The notes below the pieces were generated by a model. The model saw only the letters and a list, made by a program, of their open reading frames with translations. It did not search any database and was not told where the DNA came from. Source: Candidatus Nomurabacteria bacterium (lineage in GTDB: Bacteria > Patescibacteriota > Minisyncoccia > Phycocordibacterales > CALRBL01). Taken from it: a stretch of 64,000 nt of DNA. Positions 59,806-64,000 of this stretch are shown piece by piece (the stretch's first letter is position 1; every line of letters starts with the position of its first letter). The stretch lies in contig CAWIDS010000001.1 in NCBI GenBank assembly GCA_963834935.1, positions 65,338-129,337 of the forward strand. The letters run 5' to 3'. The position numbers and the translations under genes were made by a program.

Positions 59806-60560
59806 AAGGAAAGTTGGAAAGATACCGTTTGCCGCGCCGCTGTATCACTCGCTCAAAGGAAGCTATTATTACGCCGATTTCATCAGGGATTTTTTCGCAT
59901 TCAAGAAGATGTCCGGCGCTAATCCCCGCTTCCCCCGTATCGTGGACCAGGCAGTACCCATGCCTTACTGACAAGACGTCCATCACCGGCTTCGAGCCGC
60001 ACTACCTCTACCATCCTGCATGGGCTGCCCGCATCATCGCTGAGGTCAAGCCGAAGCTTCATATCGACTTCTCTTCGATCCTTCATTTCAGCACCCTTGT
60101 CTCGGCATTCGTGCCGGTCCATTTTTATGATTACCGCCCGGCTGACATAAAGCTGAAAAATCTCGAATGCAAGAAAGGAGACTTGCTTGCTATGCCTTTC
60201 GCTGACAGTTCCGTCGAATCGCTTTCGTGCATGCATACCATCGAGCATGTCGGCCTCGGCCGCTACGGCGATCCGCTTGATCCCGAAGGCGACCTCAAGG
60301 CAATCAAAGAACTCATCCGAGTGCTTGCACCAGGAGGCACGCTCATCTTCGTCACCCCGATCGGTAAAGCAAAACTCGAATACAATGCGCACCGCATCTA
60401 TTCATATGCACAGATAAAAAGCTATTTCAAAGAACTTACTCTAAAAGAATTCTCTCTCATTCCCGACAATTTCCTTGAAACAGGAATAGTAAAAAATGCG
60501 ACAGAAGAATTAGCTGACAAGCAAGAGTGGGGCTGCGGCTGTTTCTGGTTCACGAAGTAA
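59777..60560 (+). CDS. DUF268-like SAM-dependent methyltransferase, apparently frameshifted near 59960
   Basis: The 64-aa ORF (59777..59971) ends '...FPRIVDQAVPMPY*'. The coding then continues in another frame, '..TDKTSITGFEPHYLYHPAWAAR...LAPGGTLIFVTPIG' (59814..60560). Confidence 0.5.
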
Positions 60561-61344
60561 AGCCGAGCAGCTTCTTGTCTTCTTCGTCAATCGGCGTCTC
60601 ATATAGATCCTTGTACTGGTGAAGGATTGAGATGTCGTGCAATTCATTCTTTCTTTTATCGAAATCCACGTACCATGTCTCACAGAGGCCCTTGAACGGG
60701 CCGATAGTTCCACCATGATAGAGCACGAGCAGGCTGATCCAAATATCGCTGACGAATTTATCCCAGTGCACATGGGGCCTTATTTTTTCGATATCGCCTT
60801 CGACATCAGTGAAATGCTCGAGAATAAATGACTTCTTGACGATACAGCCGCCGAAGCCTCCCCAATAATAATTCCTTGTCCAAAAAGGAATGCTCTTATT
60901 CCTCTTTTTCAGGAATTTCGTTTCATTGCGCCCGAGCTGCATGGCGGGATTGTTTCCGTTTATGGTGAATGGCAGCTGCTGCCGAACCACATCCATCACG
61001 AGAACATCGTCTTCAAGAAGAAGGATATAGTCCTCCTTTATATATTTCGCCGCATCGACGAGACGATGAAGCCATGAGATGAGACGGTCAGGATTCTCGA
61101 ATACGTTCGATACGCCATTCCCTGTATTGAAGCTCTCATTCTTATAGCGGACATTGAAATGCTCGGCAAGCTTCGAAAAATCATCGCCTCCGTCGCCGAC
61201 GACGTACATGTCGGAATCCGGATAATATTTCCTGAAGGAAGATATAACCGAAATGACCGCCTTCGGCCGCTTGTAGCACTGATAGAAGGCCCCTATAGAC
61301 GGATATTCACTCATGATAAGATGATAGCATGCAAAGCGATCCAT
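60550..61344 (-). CDS. Hypothetical protein, possible GT-A-like transferase
   Basis: 264 aa with the acidic motif 'YILLLEDDVLV'. Confidence 0.35.
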   Translation of the reverse strand: MDRFACYHLIMSEYPSIGAFYQCYKRPKAVISVISSFRKYYPDSDMYVVGDGGDDFSKLAEHFNVRYKNESFNTGNGVSNVFENPDRLISWLHRLVDAAKYIKEDYILLLEDDVLVMDVVRQQLPFTINGNNPAMQLGRNETKFLKKRNKSIPFWTRNYYWGGFGGCIVKKSFILEHFTDVEGDIEKIRPHVHWDKFVSDIWISLLVLYHGGTIGPFKGLCETWYVDFDKRKNELHDISILHQYKDLYETPIDEEDKKLLGFTS

Positions 61345-62210
61345 TAGCGACTCCGGCTCTTCTCATCATATTCAACCGCCCGGACGCATCAAAGCGGCTC
61401 CTTGAGCGGCTCAGGGAAATAAGACCTGTGAGGATTTTCATATCTGCCGACGGTCCGCGATCAGATAAGCACGGCGAAAAAGAGTTGTGCGAAAAGACGC
61501 GGGCAGTGTTCGATTCCATCGATTGGCCTTGCGACATCAGGAAGAATTACCATGAGCAGAATCTCGGCTGCGACCCGCACATCATTTCCGCTGTCGACTG
61601 GCTTTTTGAATATACCGAATCTGGCATCATCCTCGAAGACGATTGCCTTCCCGATCCTACCTTTTTTCCTTTTTGTGCGACGCTGCTTGAAAAATACAAG
61701 GACGACCGGCGAGTAATGCATATTAACGGGTCTAATTTCCAATTCGGCAACATCCGCGGCAACGGAAGTTATTATTTCTCGCACTATGCCCACAGCTGGG
61801 GCTGGGCAACGTGGAAAAGGGCTTGGGCTGATTTCGGCACGACAAAGGCATTCGCGCCTTTTTCTAAAGACCAGAAAGAAAACAGGTTCTGGCTTAATTT
61901 CTTCGAGAAGATATCTGCCGGCAAATATCCGTTCTGGGACGCGCGCTGGCTTTTCACTATCTGGTCGGAGGGAGGTATCGTCATCACTCCGAACAGCAAC
62001 CTCATCACCAACATCGGCTTCGGCAAGGAAGCCACGCATACCAGCATCGAGGAAAAGATCATGAACCAGCCGACAATTCCGATGAAAGAGATCATTAATC
62101 CTTCGTCCGAGGAAATAAATGCCGAAGGTGACGCTTTCACTTTTAAGGTATATTATTATCGAACACACCTTCAGAAAATCATCCATAAGCTTAATTCCCT
62201 CTTAAACTGA
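61329..62210 (+). CDS. GT-A fold glycosyltransferase with an EDD motif (GNT-I-like)
   Basis: 293 aa. 'LLIIFNRPD...RIFISADGP' and 'IILEDDCLPDPTFF' are present. Confidence 0.45.
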   Translation: MQSDPLATPALLIIFNRPDASKRLLERLREIRPVRIFISADGPRSDKHGEKELCEKTRAVFDSIDWPCDIRKNYHEQNLGCDPHIISAVDWLFEYTESGIILEDDCLPDPTFFPFCATLLEKYKDDRRVMHINGSNFQFGNIRGNGSYYFSHYAHSWGWATWKRAWADFGTTKAFAPFSKDQKENRFWLNFFEKISAGKYPFWDARWLFTIWSEGGIVITPNSNLITNIGFGKEATHTSIEEKIMNQPTIPMKEIINPSSEEINAEGDAFTFKVYYYRTHLQKIIHKLNSLLN

Positions 62211-62211
62211 C

Positions 62212-63066
62212 ATGATCATCACCAGACTCGGCGGCGGCCTCGGCAACCAGATGTTCCAATACACCATAGGCAGGGCGCTTGCCTTGAAGAATAATGACGT
62301 CCTCAAGCTCGACATCAGCACTTACACGCCCGAATACCCACGCCAGTACGGCCTTAAGCATTTCAATATCGACGAGCATTTCGCTACGCCTGAGGAATCA
62401 CGGAAACTCCGACTGCCTTACGGCTTCTTCTCGCGCGTCATCCGCTCTTTTCGCGCCCGGGTGCTCCGCCAATTTTACGTCGGTTATCATCCTGAAGTGA
62501 TGGAAAGAAAAGGCGACGTCTTCCTCGAAGGATTCTGGAAAAATGAGAAATACTTCTTGGATATAGAGCAGGTCATCAGGAAAGACTTCACTTTAAAAAA
62601 TCCCCTTTCAGCAATGTCCCGAGCATTCAAGGAAAAAATTCAAGCGGAACGGATATCAGTCTCCTTGCATGTGCGCCGAGGCGACTATGTCAATGATGAA
62701 AAGACAGGTATCTATCACGGCGTCTGCTCGCCTGAGTATTACCGCAAAGCAATAGAGAAAATAAAGGAAAAATGTCCGGCATTCATCCTTTTTGTCTTTT
62801 CAGACGACATCCTGTGGGTCAAGGAGAACATGAAGTTCGACATTCCGGCAGTATACGTCTCGCACAAGGACATTCCCGACTATGAAGAGCTTGTCCTGAT
62901 GAGCCTCTGCTCGCACAACATCATCGCCAACAGCACTTTCAGCTGGTGGGGGGCATGGCTTAATGCTAATCCTGAAAAGATAATCATCGCTCCTTACCGA
63001 TGGCTCGCTAAGACCGGTGACGACCATTACAAGGAAGTGCCTGACTCGTGGATCAAGATACGATAA
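62212..63066 (+). CDS. Alpha-1,2-fucosyltransferase (GT11)
   Basis: 284 aa. The N-terminal GT11 signature 'RLGGGLGNQMFQY' and 'HVRRGDY' are present. Confidence 0.8.
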   Translation: MIITRLGGGLGNQMFQYTIGRALALKNNDVLKLDISTYTPEYPRQYGLKHFNIDEHFATPEESRKLRLPYGFFSRVIRSFRARVLRQFYVGYHPEVMERKGDVFLEGFWKNEKYFLDIEQVIRKDFTLKNPLSAMSRAFKEKIQAERISVSLHVRRGDYVNDEKTGIYHGVCSPEYYRKAIEKIKEKCPAFILFVFSDDILWVKENMKFDIPAVYVSHKDIPDYEELVLMSLCSHNIIANSTFSWWGAWLNANPEKIIIAPYRWLAKTGDDHYKEVPDSWIKIR

Positions 63067-63067
63067 T

Positions 63068-64000
63068 ATGGAAAAAATTCCTTATGATATAGTCATTGTC
63101 GGAGCGGGAATCTCGGGTGCGACCCTTGCTGAACGTTATGCCAATATCCTCGGCAAGCATGTGCTTATCATCGAGAAGCGCGACCACATCGGTGGAAACT
63201 GCTATGACAGCAGAAATGACGCAGGTATACAAGTCTCCAAATACGGCCCTCACTATTTTCGCACCAACGACGAACGCGTGATGGAATATGTCAGCACATT
63301 TTCCGAGTGGGTGCCTTTCGAAGCAAAGTGCCTGAGCCATGTGGATGGCAAGAAGGTGCCTGTGCCGGTAAACATCGATACGGTCAATTCCCTTTTCAAT
63401 CAGAAAATCACCAATGAAGCGGAAATGAAGGAATGGCTTTCGCATGAGACAGAAGACATTCCTGAACCGCAGAACTCCGAAGAATCGGCTCTCAAGCGAG
63501 TAGGCAGAAAGCTCTATGAGAAGATGTTCAAGAATTACACAATAAAGCAGTGGGACAAGGATCCAAAGGAGCTTGAAGCAAGCGTCATGGATCGCATCCC
63601 TGTGCGCTTCAATCACGACGACCGGTACTTCACCGACAAATACCAGATGTATCCCAAAGAGGGGTATGAAAAGATATTCAGGAACATGTTGGCAAGTCCC
63701 TTGATTAAAGTACGGACAGGAAGCTCGTGGGAAGAGGTATCTAAAGAAGTTCGAGGATATGAAAAACTCTTCTTCACAGGCACCATCGATTCGTATTTCA
63801 ACGAGGAATTCGGCAAGCTCGAATACCGCTCGCTCCGTTTCGAGGAAGAGACGCTTGACCAGGAATTCTTCCAAGACGCCGTGCAGGAAAACTATCCCGA
63901 TAATGCCATTCCCTTCACCCGCATCGTCGAATACAAGCATCAGACAAAGCAGGTTTCCCCGCGAACAACGATTGTGAGAGAATATCCTACATGGGAAGGC
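63068..64000 (+). CDS. glf: UDP-galactopyranose mutase, 3'-partial (continues beyond the window)
   Basis: Manual translation starts 'MEKIPYDIVIVGAGISGATLAERY...GGNCYD...GPHYFRTND' and includes 'YTIKQWDKDP'. The frame is open to the window end. Confidence 0.85.
   Translation, partial: MEKIPYDIVIVGAGISGATLAERYANILGKHVLIIEKRDHIGGNCYDSRNDAGIQVSKYGPHYFRTNDERVMEYVSTFSEWVPFEAKCLSHVDGKKVPVPVNIDTVNSLFNQKITNEAEMKEWLSHETEDIPEPQNSEESALKRVGRKLYEKMFKNYTIKQWDKDPKELEASVMDRIPVRFNHDDRYFTDKYQMYPKEGYEKIFRNMLASPLIKVRTGSSWEEVSKEVRGYEKLFFTGTIDSYFNEEFGKLEYRSLRFEEETLDQEFFQDAVQENYPDNAIPFTRIVEYKHQTKQVSPRTTIVREYPTWEG

Noticed and set aside
63053-63940. 295-aa minus-strand ORF
   Set aside because: It is antisense to the well-supported glf (UDP-galactopyranose mutase) reading frame and has no motifs.

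Overview
The window is a bacterial chromosomal segment of about 50% GC, densely packed with housekeeping genes. These include hisS, topA, parB, trmD, rpsP, rnr, an SMC-like ATPase, rnc, a nusB fusion, rpmF, miaA, rpmG, clpB, a cysteine desulfurase, infB, rbfA, lepA, murJ, rnhB, dnaE, thrS, secG, rnj and cdaA. Seven tRNA genes are present, three of them tRNA-Leu. Genes overlap tightly, IF-2 and ThrRS are short forms, rimM, rplS and parA are missing from their usual operons, and a sortase system is present; together these suggest a small-genome, possibly CPR/Patescibacteria-like organism, though that is an inference. Two accessory regions stand out. The first (35.9-39.7 kb) is a cell-surface module: a sortase, a PKD-like tandem-repeat protein with an IPATG sorting signal, and a Ser/Thr-rich secreted protein. 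The second (51.0 kb to the window end) is a 13-kb ABC-transporter-dependent glycan locus. It encodes an O-antigen-ligase-like/TPR membrane protein, Wzm, a Wzt with a C-terminal extension, a glycosyltransferase-methyltransferase fusion, several GT-A-like enzymes, a GT11 fucosyltransferase and Glf. Other notable features are a gyrB copy broken by six or more frameshifts, single frameshifts in clpB and in a DUF268-like methyltransferase, an AT-rich CYTH-gene islet next to two tRNAs (one with a defective anticodon stem), a NusB-Nudix-like fusion, and a GC-rich orphan gene between dnaE and thrS. No CRISPR array, rRNA or recognisable integrase/transposase was seen.
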